DNA of 64,000 nt from Nitrincola sp. (lineage in GTDB: Bacteria; Pseudomonadota; Gammaproteobacteria; Pseudomonadales; Balneatricaceae), in assembly GCF_048264025.1 (NCBI RefSeq), contig NZ_JBLXDN010000004.1, positions 30,026-94,025 of the forward strand. The letters are read 5' to 3'. Below the pieces are notes generated by a model. The model ran no database searches. It saw nothing but the letters and a program-made list of their open reading frames with translations, and had not been told where the DNA came from. The position numbers and the translations under genes are program-made. Shown piece after piece: positions 51,526 through 61,198 of this stretch; position 1 is the first letter of the stretch, and every line of letters starts with the position of its first letter.

Positions 51526-51838
51526 AGAGTTTGCCCAGGCGAGTGGCCAGCATGATATTGCCTTCGGCTCGCAGTTGGCCTTTCATGAACGCGCTCATGC
51601 CATCCTGTTCACCACTGATGACTCGAATCAGCGTTGCTTCATCCATCAATAGGGTGATGTCTGGATCTGGATGGTCACCATAATGGCTTTCGCAGTGGGT
51701 ATCTATGATGGTCAAATAAAAAGAGGCTGCATCGGTCACTCTGAACTGATAGATGGCTTTCAGACCCTTGGACTGCTCTGGGTTAAATTTTGCAGGCAGT
51801 TTTAGGACAATTTTATCAAGTGTAATATTTGTGCTCAT
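51515..51838 (-). CDS. SCP2 sterol-binding-domain protein (YhbT-like)
   Basis: LKAIYQFRVTD...DITLLMDEATLIRVISGEQDGMSAFMKGQLRAEGNIMLATRLGKLF is a typical SCP2 C-terminus. Start placed at the internal ATG (MSTNITL) to avoid overlapping the sohB start region. Confidence 0.7.
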   Translation of the reverse strand: MSTNITLDKIVLKLPAKFNPEQSKGLKAIYQFRVTDAASFYLTIIDTHCESHYGDHPDPDITLLMDEATLIRVISGEQDGMSAFMKGQLRAEGNIMLATRLGKLFSR

Positions 51839-51928
51839 GCAGTGGCTTCCGGGCTCATTATTACGTATATATGTTACATTAGCCCGCCGCGAAAGCGAAC
51901 CTGATGCAATTTCCTGTACTTGGAGAAG

Positions 51929-52996
51929 ATGGTGATCGATTTTCTGACACAATATGGCCTGTTTCTGGCCAAAACACTGACATTGGTATTAGCAATTTTG
52001 CTGGTCATAATTGTTGCGGCGAGTTTGGTCAGTCGCCGTCGTCATCAGCAGTCTGAAGGACATGTTGAAGTAAAAAATCTTAATGACAAGTACAAGGAGA
52101 TGTACGAAGCGCTGGAAGAGGCTGTGCTGGATGATGAGTTGCTGCGTCAGCGCATCAAACAAGAGCGTAAGCAAGAAAAATCGGACGCCAAGGCCCGTCG
52201 AAAAGCCGCGAAGAAGGGTGAGTTAGAAGAGGACGATAAAAAACGCATTTATGTGTTGGATTTTGATGGTGATATCAGTGCCTCGGCTACGGATCAGCTG
52301 CGCGAAGAGATCACCGCTATCCTGGCCATTGCCCGTCCTGAAAAAGATGAAGTGGTACTGAACCTGGAAAGCCCCGGTGGCATGGTACATGCTTATGGCT
52401 TTGCTGCCTCACAGCTGGAGCGCTTGCGCCGCAAACAGATTAATCTGACCATTTGTGTCGATAAGGTGGCGGCGAGTGGTGGCTATATGATGGCATGTAT
52501 TGCCAACAAAATCCTGGCCGCACCCTTTGCTGTTGTGGGTTCGATTGGTGTGGTTGCGCAATTACCCAACTTTCACCGCTTGCTGAAGAAAAACGATATC
52601 GACTACGAAATACTGACGGCAGGTGAGTACAAGCGTACCTTGACGGTATTTGGACAGAACACCGATAAAGGTCGGGAGAAGTTTGTTGAAGAGCTGGAAG
52701 AGACGCATCAGCTCTTTAAAACCTTTGTTACCGAATACCGTCCCCAGTTGGATATCGCCAAGGTGGCAACGGGTGAGATTTGGTATGGTCGCCAGGCCAT
52801 AACCGAACAGTTAGTGGATCAGCTGATCACCAGCGATGAATATCTGACCGAGGCGGCTGAAGAGGCTGACTTGTACAAAGTCAGTTACGAACACAAAAAA
52901 GGTTTGCAAGATAGATTGGGCGAATTGGCCGCTGATTCTTCCGATCGGTTGTTATTGCGCTGGTGGCAGCGTATTAGTCAGCGCCCCTTAATGTAA
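51929..52996 (+). CDS. sohB: Peptidase S49 family inner-membrane protease SohB
   Basis: N-terminal TM, Lys/Glu-rich linker, then the S49 core (IYVLDFDGDISAS, LESPGGMVHAYG, AASGGYMMACIANKILAAPFAVVGSIGVV). Confidence 0.85.
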   Translation: MVIDFLTQYGLFLAKTLTLVLAILLVIIVAASLVSRRRHQQSEGHVEVKNLNDKYKEMYEALEEAVLDDELLRQRIKQERKQEKSDAKARRKAAKKGELEEDDKKRIYVLDFDGDISASATDQLREEITAILAIARPEKDEVVLNLESPGGMVHAYGFAASQLERLRRKQINLTICVDKVAASGGYMMACIANKILAAPFAVVGSIGVVAQLPNFHRLLKKNDIDYEILTAGEYKRTLTVFGQNTDKGREKFVEELEETHQLFKTFVTEYRPQLDIAKVATGEIWYGRQAITEQLVDQLITSDEYLTEAAEEADLYKVSYEHKKGLQDRLGELAADSSDRLLLRWWQRISQRPLM

Positions 52997-53005
52997 TAAT
53001 TATCA

Positions 53006-53033
53006 CTGACATTCCGGCTAAAATTTGTATAAT
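53006..53033 (+). promoter_or_regulatory. Putative sigma70 promoter of the TetR-family gene (-35 CTGACA, 16-nt spacer, extended -10 TGTATAAT)
   Basis: Read directly: CTGACA at 53006-53011, TG at 53026-53027, TATAAT at 53028-53033. A small inverted repeat TTGAA-TAGT-TTCAA at 53039-52 just downstream could be an operator. Confidence 0.35.
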
Positions 53034-53085
53034 AGGTGTTGAATAGTTTCAAACGCAGGTTCGTCTTTAAGGGAGTATACGGAAG

Positions 53086-53748
53086 ATGGTGATGAAACGT
53101 CGAGTGAAAACCGCTACAAGGATCATTCTGGCAGCAGAGGCCTTGTTTGCAGAGCAGGGTTTCACTGAAACCACCATGCGGCAAATTACGTCAGCGGCTG
53201 ATGTAAATCTGGCTGCTGTGAATTATCACTTCCGCTCAAAGCAAGGGCTGGTAAATGCTGTATGTGAGCGTCTGATGGAGCCGCTCTGTGATGAGATCGA
53301 ATCAGCGCTTGAAGATCGTATGCTTGATCCCTCACCTGTACGTATTGAAGAACTTCTCGAAATTCTGATGCGTGCGTTGCTGAATGTAAGTCAGATTAAC
53401 ACCTACTCGCTGTCAGTTTTTATGCGTTTGTTAGAACTGGCGTATATGAAGAACCAGGAAGAGTTACGCGAATTCTTTATTACTGAGTATTGGCATAGGC
53501 TGGAAAAATTCATGGATTGCCTACGTAAAGATGCCGCCCCGATGGAAGATAATGAGTTTTTCTGGCGGTTGCATTTTTTGCTTGGCTCAATCGTGTTTAC
53601 CCTGTCCAACTACCATATGCTGTTGACCTTAGAAAAAAGCAGTTTCAAGGACAGTGCTGAAATTGAGCGTATTTTACATCGCATGATCCCAGTACTGGCC
53701 GCTGGCATGCAGGCGCGTGGTGAAAAAACCTATTTCTGCCGCATCTGA
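53086..53748 (+). CDS. TetR/AcrR-family transcriptional regulator
   Basis: N-terminal HTH: ILAAEALFAEQGFTETTMRQITSAADVNLAAVNYHFRSKQGL. Confidence 0.85.
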   Translation: MVMKRRVKTATRIILAAEALFAEQGFTETTMRQITSAADVNLAAVNYHFRSKQGLVNAVCERLMEPLCDEIESALEDRMLDPSPVRIEELLEILMRALLNVSQINTYSLSVFMRLLELAYMKNQEELREFFITEYWHRLEKFMDCLRKDAAPMEDNEFFWRLHFLLGSIVFTLSNYHMLLTLEKSSFKDSAEIERILHRMIPVLAAGMQARGEKTYFCRI

Positions 53749-54236
53749 TGACCGCCGTAGCCATCCAAGTCTCGATTGCCAGGCAGCAACTTCAGCTGTT
53801 TATTCCAGGCGAGTCAGTTCGTAGTTATGCTGTCTCCACGGCTAAAAAGGGTATAGGTAATACCGAAAACAGTGGTTGCACACCCGTTGGCTTGCATTAT
53901 GTCCGTGCTAAAATTGGCTCGGGTTTGCCTGTGAATGCCGTGTTTGTCGGTCGTCGATTTACCGGTGAATACTATACGCCGGCATTAGCGGCGCGTTACC
54001 CGCAGCGTGACTGGATTCTGACACGTATTCTCTGGCTGTGTGGCCTTGAACCTGGCATCAACCGCTTAGGGCGGGTCGATAGCATGCGCCGTTTTATCTA
54101 CATTCATGGCACCCCCGATTCAGAACCCATGGGGTTACCCTTATCTCATGGCTGTGTGCGCATGCGCAATGCCGATATAATTGAACTTTTTGAACTGATT
54201 CCGGCGGGTTGTCGGGTCAGCATTACTGCTGAGTGA
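53748..54236 (+). CDS. L,D-transpeptidase (YkuD) catalytic-domain protein
   Basis: FIYIHGTPDSEPMGLPLSHGCVRMRNADIIELF contains the HG...SHGC(V/I)R active-site signature. Start within TGATG after the TetR gene. Confidence 0.8.
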   Translation: MTAVAIQVSIARQQLQLFIPGESVRSYAVSTAKKGIGNTENSGCTPVGLHYVRAKIGSGLPVNAVFVGRRFTGEYYTPALAARYPQRDWILTRILWLCGLEPGINRLGRVDSMRRFIYIHGTPDSEPMGLPLSHGCVRMRNADIIELFELIPAGCRVSITAE

Positions 54237-54244
54237 GAGAATAC

Positions 54245-55258
54245 ATGGCAACAGGCGCCTTGATGCTGGACCTGGTTGGCACAAAGCTGACCGCTGAGGA
54301 AGCGACAACCCTTCAACAACCAGAAGTGGGTGGGCTGATTTTATTTAGCCGTAACTACACCGATCCGGTGCAGCTTCAGCAACTGATGCAAGCAATTCGG
54401 TCGATACGACCTGATTTGATCGTTGCTGTAGATCAGGAAGGTGGACGGGTGCAGCGTTTTCGCGACGGTTTTACCAGGCTGCCGCCAATGGCTGTCCTGG
54501 GGCGTATGTACCAACAAGATCCAGTCGAGGCTTGTGCTTCAGCGCATGAGCTGGGTTGGTTGATGGCTGCCGAGTTGCGGGCTTTTGATATAGATATCAG
54601 CTTTGCCCCAGTGCTGGATATTGACTGGCAGCAAAGCTCCATTATCGGCGATCGAGCCTTCGCATCTGAGCCTGAAACCCTGGCCAAATTGGCGCTGGCC
54701 TTTATGCAGGGTATGCATGAGGCCGGTATGGCGGCAACTGGTAAACATTTTCCCGGGCATGGCTGGGTACAGGCTGATTCACATCTGGAATTGCCTGTTG
54801 ATGAGCGTGACGAATCCCGTCTTGAACAGTCCGATATCCAGCCATTTAAGTATTTGATTGCAAAGGGTTTGGATGCCATTATGCCTGCCCATGTAGTGTA
54901 CAGTAAGATTGATGCGGAACCGGCAGGCTTTTCACCTTATTGGCTAAAAGAGAAACTTCGCAAACAATTGGGCTTTTCCGGAGTCATATTCAGTGATGAC
55001 CTGACTATGGAAGGTGCCAGTATTGCCGGAAGTTATGCGCAACGCTGCCAAAAAGCTTTGGACGCTGGCTGTGATATGGTGCTGGTCTGCAATAAGCCGC
55101 AGCATGCGCTTGAGGTATTGGACTATTTAAAAACTAGGCCGGTGGTAAACAATCCGCGCATTGCCACGATGCGTGGAAAACCCAGTGACTTACTGCAGGA
55201 CACCCAGCGACTTGAGCAGGCCCGTGAGTTGGCGGGCCGTTGTGTGGCGCTGATCTGA
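54245..55258 (+). CDS. nagZ: Beta-N-acetylhexosaminidase (peptidoglycan recycling)
   Basis: GGLILFSRNY, VAVDQEGGRVQRF, FAPVLD, KHFPGHG and VIFSDDLTMEGA are NagZ (GH3) motifs. Confidence 0.9.
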   Translation: MATGALMLDLVGTKLTAEEATTLQQPEVGGLILFSRNYTDPVQLQQLMQAIRSIRPDLIVAVDQEGGRVQRFRDGFTRLPPMAVLGRMYQQDPVEACASAHELGWLMAAELRAFDIDISFAPVLDIDWQQSSIIGDRAFASEPETLAKLALAFMQGMHEAGMAATGKHFPGHGWVQADSHLELPVDERDESRLEQSDIQPFKYLIAKGLDAIMPAHVVYSKIDAEPAGFSPYWLKEKLRKQLGFSGVIFSDDLTMEGASIAGSYAQRCQKALDAGCDMVLVCNKPQHALEVLDYLKTRPVVNNPRIATMRGKPSDLLQDTQRLEQARELAGRCVALI

Positions 55259-55300
55259 TAGTGAGTTAACCCGTAGTCCTACGAAAATTTAAGAGCAACG

Positions 55301-57046
55301 ATGCAAGCAACAACACGCGAGTCAACAGGTGACAAATCCCGCTGGTTGAAAGGACTGTTGGGTAATGAGAAACGCTGGGTTCGGCTCAGTGTTGCCGCCG
55401 GTATATTTGCTGGCTTAATGCTGGTGCTGCAGGCGCATTTGTTAGCGCGTGCCGTGAATGAGACCCTGTTTCAGGGCGCTCAGCTCAGTGAGCTGAAAGG
55501 GCTTATAGTTATCCTGTTGTTAGCTTTACTGTTCCGTGCCGCTGCCGGTGTGTTCAGAGAATGGAGCGGTCAACGTGCCTCTGTAGGAGTGCGCTCCAGG
55601 TTACGCGCTGAACTACTGGCCAGGTTAGCGCAACTGGGGCCAGCCTATAGCAAGAGCCAGCGTAGTGGTGAGCTTAGCAGCCTGCTGATGGAGCAGGTCG
55701 AAGCACTGGATGGCTTCATCGCACGCTATCTTCCGCAAATGGCCCTGGCTGGCATTATTCCATTAGTTATTTTGGCTTTTGTATTACCGATTAACTGGGC
55801 CGCGGCACTGATTTTTCTGGCAACCGCGCCACTGATCCCTTTGTTCATGGCGCTGGTCGGGACCCGGGCAGCCGAAGCTAACCGTCGTAATTTTCGCGCT
55901 TTAGCACAGCTGAGTGGCTATTTTCTGGATGTTGTTCAGGGATTGGGCACACTGAAGCTGTTTTCCCGTAGCCAGGAGCAACAGCGTGTTATCGCTGATA
56001 ATGCTGATGAGTTCCGTATTCGCACCATGCAGGTATTGCGGCTGGCTTTTTTGTCCTCAGCCGTCCTGGAGTTTTTTGCCTCTATATCTATTGCCATTCT
56101 GGCCGTTTACCTGGGTTTCAGTTTTTTGGGTTTGCTTGATTTCGGTAGCTGGGGCGCTGAAATCACACTCTACCATGCACTGTTTCTGTTGATTCTGGCG
56201 CCGGAGTTTTACTTGCCATTGCGGGAGTTGGGCACACATTACCATTCCAAGCAGGAAGCCATTGCCGCTGCTGAGCGGATCATTGAACTGCTTGATCAAC
56301 ATGAGCACCTGCAATCGGGTGGTCAACAAGTGTTACCTGAACACCAACCTGCGCTTACGTTGGATCGGATCAGTTTTAGTTACCCTGAACAATCCCAGCC
56401 CGTGCTAGACAATTTTTATTTACAGGTTGAACCTGGCGAATGTGTTGCACTGGTAGGGCCTAGTGGAGCAGGTAAATCGACTGTACTGAATTTACTGGCA
56501 GGCTTCGATTGTCCGCAGCAGGGTGACATTCTTATAAGTGCTATCCCCTTGGCAAAATTATCACGTTCACAGTGGATGGATAAGGTCGCATTTGTCAGCC
56601 AGCATACGACGTTATTTCCAGGCAGTATTCGTGACAACCTTTTGATGGCTAACCCTCAAGCGACCGATGATCAACTCAGGCTGGCCTGTGATCAGGCCGC
56701 AGCCAGTGAGTTTATTGATCGCCTTGAGGAGGGGCTGGATACGTCGGTTGGCGAAGCCGGGGCAAACTTTTCTGGTGGTCAGATTCAGCGTTTATCCTTA
56801 GCGAGAGCCTTTTTGAAGAATGCACCGGTGCTGCTGCTGGATGAACCTACCGCGAGCCTGGACCATGCCAGTGAAGAGCTGGTGTTGCAGGCATTGTCTC
56901 GACTCTGTCGTGGGCGGACCACCCTGCTGCTAACACACCGCCCGGCTACTATGAAGTTAGCTGATCGCGTGTGTGTGTTGCAGCAAGGTCGGTGTGTTGA
57001 AGCAGATGCGGCTATGAGACAAGCGTTACAGGGGGCAGTTAACTAA
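55301..57046 (+). CDS. cydD: Thiol-reductant (cysteine/glutathione) ABC exporter subunit CydD
   Basis: Fused TMD-NBD half transporter (GPSGAGKST, LSGGQIQRLSLARA, LLLDEPTASLD). Paired with a second half transporter through a TAATG overlap, in CydD-then-CydC order. Confidence 0.8.
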   Translation: MQATTRESTGDKSRWLKGLLGNEKRWVRLSVAAGIFAGLMLVLQAHLLARAVNETLFQGAQLSELKGLIVILLLALLFRAAAGVFREWSGQRASVGVRSRLRAELLARLAQLGPAYSKSQRSGELSSLLMEQVEALDGFIARYLPQMALAGIIPLVILAFVLPINWAAALIFLATAPLIPLFMALVGTRAAEANRRNFRALAQLSGYFLDVVQGLGTLKLFSRSQEQQRVIADNADEFRIRTMQVLRLAFLSSAVLEFFASISIAILAVYLGFSFLGLLDFGSWGAEITLYHALFLLILAPEFYLPLRELGTHYHSKQEAIAAAERIIELLDQHEHLQSGGQQVLPEHQPALTLDRISFSYPEQSQPVLDNFYLQVEPGECVALVGPSGAGKSTVLNLLAGFDCPQQGDILISAIPLAKLSRSQWMDKVAFVSQHTTLFPGSIRDNLLMANPQATDDQLRLACDQAAASEFIDRLEEGLDTSVGEAGANFSGGQIQRLSLARAFLKNAPVLLLDEPTASLDHASEELVLQALSRLCRGRTTLLLTHRPATMKLADRVCVLQQGRCVEADAAMRQALQGAVN

Positions 57047-58704
57047 TGTCAGCACTTATGCCTTTTATCCGCTTGATGAAACCGCATCTGGGTTGGGTGC
57101 TGTTAGGTAGCTTTCTGGGTTTGGTCACGCTGCTGTCAAGTGTCGGGTTGTTGACCCTCTCCGGTTGGTTTATTTCAGCCACGGCTCTGGCTGGGGTGTC
57201 AGTGGTCTCTGCACAGGCATTTAATTACATGACTCCAGGTGGAGGGGTGAGGGCCTTTGCTATAGCCAGAACCGCTGGGCGGTATTTTGAGCGGGTCACA
57301 ACACATGAAGCAACCTTCAGGTTATTGGCACAGCTGCGCAGTTGGTTTTATGCCCACCTGGAACCCTTGAATCCAGCACGTCTGCGGCATTATCGCTCGG
57401 CTGACCTGCTTAACCGTTTGATTAGTGATATTAACTCACTTGATAATCTGTATTTACGGGTAATTTCTCCCAGCCTGGTTGCGTTGGTTACAGCTGTACT
57501 GGTGTCCTTGTTCCTCTGGTGGATTTCCCCTTCACTGGGGGTGTTGCTGTTGCTGGCTTTATCGGTATCGGGGGTGTTAATCCCCATGCTAGGGCATAAG
57601 CTAGGTGCAGTGACAGGGCGGGACATGGTTGGCCAGGCATCAGCGTTGCGTCAGCGTACCTTGACCTATGTGCAGGGAATGGCAGAGCTGCATGTATATT
57701 CGGCCCTGGATAAACAACAGCTGGAGTTGCAGCAATCTCAGCAGATTTTGTTGCAAGCGCAACTACGTATGAGTCTGGTGAGTGGCGTGACAGCGGCACT
57801 GATGACGTTGGCGGCTGGATTGACTACACTGCTGGCGTTGATGATTGGCATCAATCTGGTGACCGAAGAGCAACTGTCGCCAGCCTGGCTGGCGTTGGTG
57901 GTGTTTTGTGTGCTGGCAAGTTTCGAGGCCGTAGCCTCACTGCCGCTGGCTTACCAATACCTGGGTAAAACCCGTGCGGCGGCAGAGAACCTGCAGGAGA
58001 TCACTTCCCAACGTTCAGATATCGAGTTTCCCGACCAGCCCATAGTGGTTGTAAGAGCAGGAGAAATTCAGTTTGATCAGGTGAGTTTTGCCTATGATTC
58101 CGCCCCAGTATTGCAAGGGTTGTCTATGCAGGTGAATCCAGGGGACAAAGTTGCATTGGTGGGTCATACGGGCAGTGGTAAAAGCTCAATCATTAATTTG
58201 TTATCCCGCTTTTGGCAATACCAACAAGGGCGCGTGTTAGTGGGGGGAGTGGTTGTTGAATCCTACCCCGAACAGCAGTTGCGTGACCAGATGGCGGTCT
58301 TGTCTCAGCCGGTACAGCTGTTTGCCGGTAGTGTCCGTGCGAATTTGCAAGTGGCTGATGCTGAAGCCTCTGATCAGCAGATGCTGGCGTTGTTGGGTCA
58401 GCTTGGCATGACAGAGATGCTCGGCAGCGAAGGCTTGGACCGTGAAGTGGGTGAGGGGGGGAATCGCCTGTCGGGTGGGCAGCGTAAGCGCCTGGGTATT
58501 GCGCGAGCCTTGTTGAAGACGGCACCGATACTGATTCTGGATGAGCCCACAGAAGGTTTGGATATTCACACTGCTGCACAAGTCATGGAGACCGTGTTCA
58601 GTTACCGGCCAGGGCAAACCCTGTTGATTATCACCCACCATATGCAAGAGCTGCATCGTTATGATCAGGTTATCAGGCTGGATCAGGGTCGACGTTTGGA
58701 TTAG
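57046..58704 (+). CDS. cydC: Thiol-reductant ABC exporter subunit CydC
   Basis: Fused TMD-NBD (GHTGSGKSS, LSGGQRKRLGIARA, LILDEPTEGLD), immediately after cydD. Confidence 0.8.
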   Translation: MSALMPFIRLMKPHLGWVLLGSFLGLVTLLSSVGLLTLSGWFISATALAGVSVVSAQAFNYMTPGGGVRAFAIARTAGRYFERVTTHEATFRLLAQLRSWFYAHLEPLNPARLRHYRSADLLNRLISDINSLDNLYLRVISPSLVALVTAVLVSLFLWWISPSLGVLLLLALSVSGVLIPMLGHKLGAVTGRDMVGQASALRQRTLTYVQGMAELHVYSALDKQQLELQQSQQILLQAQLRMSLVSGVTAALMTLAAGLTTLLALMIGINLVTEEQLSPAWLALVVFCVLASFEAVASLPLAYQYLGKTRAAAENLQEITSQRSDIEFPDQPIVVVRAGEIQFDQVSFAYDSAPVLQGLSMQVNPGDKVALVGHTGSGKSSIINLLSRFWQYQQGRVLVGGVVVESYPEQQLRDQMAVLSQPVQLFAGSVRANLQVADAEASDQQMLALLGQLGMTEMLGSEGLDREVGEGGNRLSGGQRKRLGIARALLKTAPILILDEPTEGLDIHTAAQVMETVFSYRPGQTLLIITHHMQELHRYDQVIRLDQGRRLD

Positions 58705-58794
58705 CCTGTTTTGCTTGAGTCACCCTGAGCTTGGGGCTATGCTGAATACTATAAGTTTATATAAACTGTCACTATCGATAAGTGTGGTATCTCC

Positions 58795-60366
58795 TTGAAG
58801 TATCAGGAAACCTTGAATACCATCTACGCGCGCCTTGATCGATTAGGTGATTTGCCGGTATTCAGTGCAACGGTCAATCATATTCGCCAGATCAGTAGTG
58901 CTGGTGATACGGATGCTATGGCACTGGCCATCGCCGTCATGAAGGACGCCAATCTGACCACCAAGCTACTGCGTCTGGCCAACTCTAATCATTATAACCG
59001 TGGCAGTGGCAAAATAACGGCCATCTCACGCGCTGTAGTATTGATAGGTTTTGAGCGTATACGTAACCTCTGCATGACATTAAAGCTGATCGAAAGCTTT
59101 GGCGAGAAAGAGCCGAATCGCCATGTAGAGGATCTGTTGGTTAGCGCTGTTCTGAATGCTTCAACCGCACGTGATCTGGCACTGAGTGCTGGCATCGATG
59201 ATGTTGAGGAAACCTATATTTGTGGCTTACTCTTCAGCTTAGGTGAAATTGTTGTCGCCTTTACCCTACCTGATACCTATCGCGCCATGCTGGAACAGCG
59301 TAAGCAACGTCTGTTGAGCTGGGTGAACATCCAACAGCAAACCCTGGGAGGAGAGTTTGTTACCCTTGGACGTGACTTAATTCAGAGCTGGGGTTTTTCT
59401 AAACGCGTTGTTAGTAGTCTGCGTACGGGTGAGCCTCAACCGGGAGTATCCGAGCAGGAACGACTTAATCAGCAGATCGTTTCCGGCTGTCATCAATTGT
59501 TCGAGCAGGTTTATCAGCGCTCTCCGCAACTGGAAGGTAATGAATATACCGAGCAACTAAAGCTGATGTCAGCGTTGACTCGTCAACCTGCCGAAAAACT
59601 TGAAGAAACACTGCATTATTCTGTCCGGCAGTTGTGTGACCATATTGATCAGTATGGATTGTCGCACCGCGCGTTAATTCCACCCGTTTCCGCTAGTGGT
59701 AATGAATCGCTTGATGAACTCAGTCGTAAAGTGTCCTTTTATGTGCATGCACGACAGGAACAGCAAAGCTCGAAAAAATATCAGGAGGACGCTTATTCTG
59801 TGGAACAACAAAAGCGTCTGGCTGAATACAATCAATTGCAGCTGAAATATCTGGAAAAAATGAATGAACTGATGACCGGTCAGGCACCCACAACTCAGGT
59901 ATTATTGACCTGTGTTGAAGGTATTGAGGCCAGCAGTTCACTGGAACGAGTGGTGTTTTGTCTTAGTGTTAATGCTGGCCAGCAATTGGTGGCAAAGCTG
60001 CTTGAGGGTGAGCAATTGGACCCACTAATGAGTTACTTTCAGTTGAACCGGACAGATAAAAACAGCCGCCTGTTCTTTCATATTATGGACCGAGGTGTTG
60101 CGTTGCTGGTATCTGATGCCAGCGACCCAAGCTGGCAGAATCGTTTGCCAGATGATTACTTACACAGTGTCAGGCCGGGTGGTTTGATCGTGTCACCACT
60201 GATAGTATCCGGCAAAGTCCTGGGCTTACTCTATGCGGATAAAACTGACGTGGCTGGCCCGGTTGAAGATCGTGATTTCAGAGTGTTTAACCAATTTTTG
60301 GTACAATGTCGAATTGCGCTGGAAATGGGTAAGCATTTCAGCACCGACCTGACCAAAAAAGCCTAG
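58795..60366 (+). CDS. HDOD-domain signalling protein with GAF-like C-terminal half (TTG start uncertain)
   Basis: LPVFSATVNHIRQISSAGDTDAMALAIAVMKDANLTTKLLRLANSNHYN ... VVLIGFERIRNL is an HDOD N-terminus. The C-terminal part (VALLVSDASD...SPLIVSGKVLGLLYAD) is GAF-like. Confidence 0.7.
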   Translation: MKYQETLNTIYARLDRLGDLPVFSATVNHIRQISSAGDTDAMALAIAVMKDANLTTKLLRLANSNHYNRGSGKITAISRAVVLIGFERIRNLCMTLKLIESFGEKEPNRHVEDLLVSAVLNASTARDLALSAGIDDVEETYICGLLFSLGEIVVAFTLPDTYRAMLEQRKQRLLSWVNIQQQTLGGEFVTLGRDLIQSWGFSKRVVSSLRTGEPQPGVSEQERLNQQIVSGCHQLFEQVYQRSPQLEGNEYTEQLKLMSALTRQPAEKLEETLHYSVRQLCDHIDQYGLSHRALIPPVSASGNESLDELSRKVSFYVHARQEQQSSKKYQEDAYSVEQQKRLAEYNQLQLKYLEKMNELMTGQAPTTQVLLTCVEGIEASSSLERVVFCLSVNAGQQLVAKLLEGEQLDPLMSYFQLNRTDKNSRLFFHIMDRGVALLVSDASDPSWQNRLPDDYLHSVRPGGLIVSPLIVSGKVLGLLYADKTDVAGPVEDRDFRVFNQFLVQCRIALEMGKHFSTDLTKKA

Positions 60367-60375
60367 GAGTCATTC

Positions 60376-61188
60376 ATGTCATCCATGCACTCATCTTTGC
60401 GAGCTACACTGGTGCAATGCGATTTGCGCTGGGAAGATCCGGTAGAAAATTGTGACCGTATCGATACTATGCTAGGTGACCTAGGTTCGGATGTTACCGA
60501 TTTGATCGTGTTACCGGAAATGTTTGCCACCGGTTTTACTATGAACTCACGTGAAATGGCACAGCCTTATGACGAAAGCGATGTGGTCAAATGGATGCGA
60601 GATCAGGCGATTCAGCGGGGCTGTGTCATTACCGGTAGTGTAGCGGTAAAACAGAACGAGCAGTATTATAACCGCATGATCTGGGCAACCCCGGACGGTG
60701 AGCTAACTTTTTATGATAAGCGTCACCTGTTTCGTATGGCGGGGGAACACCAACGCTATGCCATGGGGCAGGAAAGGGTTGTAGTTGAGTTAAACGGTTT
60801 TCGTATCTTGCTAAGCGTCTGCTATGACTTGCGTTTTCCAGTCTGGTTACGCCAGCAATCATCGTCTGAACAGCCTTTTGAATATGATTTGTTACTTTGT
60901 GTGGCTAACTGGCCTGCACCGCGAGCGCACCCCTGGCGTATATTGCTTCAGGCGCGAGCCGTCGAAAATCTGAGTTATGTCATTGGCGTTAATCGAGTAG
61001 GAGATGATGCCAAGGGTAATCAGTATAGTGGTGATTCGATGCTGGTTGATTTTAAAGGGGAAGCGCTGTGTGATTATCCCAAGGGGGAAGCCTTTATTGA
61101 AACCTGTCAATTAAGTAAGGCGGCACTCGACGGTTTTAGAGATGGTTTTCCTGCCTGGCAAGATGCTGATAAGCATCAAGTGTATTAA
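60376..61188 (+). CDS. yafV: Carbon-nitrogen hydrolase family omega-amidase, YafV-like
   Basis: Collinear with E. coli YafV: LPEMFATGF, FYDKRHLFRMAGEHQRY, VCYDLRFPVW, VANWPAPR, DSMLVDFKGE, FPAWQDAD. Confidence 0.85.
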   Translation: MSSMHSSLRATLVQCDLRWEDPVENCDRIDTMLGDLGSDVTDLIVLPEMFATGFTMNSREMAQPYDESDVVKWMRDQAIQRGCVITGSVAVKQNEQYYNRMIWATPDGELTFYDKRHLFRMAGEHQRYAMGQERVVVELNGFRILLSVCYDLRFPVWLRQQSSSEQPFEYDLLLCVANWPAPRAHPWRILLQARAVENLSYVIGVNRVGDDAKGNQYSGDSMLVDFKGEALCDYPKGEAFIETCQLSKAALDGFRDGFPAWQDADKHQVY

Positions 61189-61198
61189 TCATGCTGTG

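Noticed and set aside
55301-58704. The two fused TMD-NBD ABC exporters as the missing T1SS pump for the giant protein
   Set aside because: Pairing, order and sequence fit CydD/CydC (thiol-reductant exporter). They lie about 15 kb from the cluster among housekeeping genes and have no adjacent adaptor. No N-terminal C39 or C39-like domain is evident.
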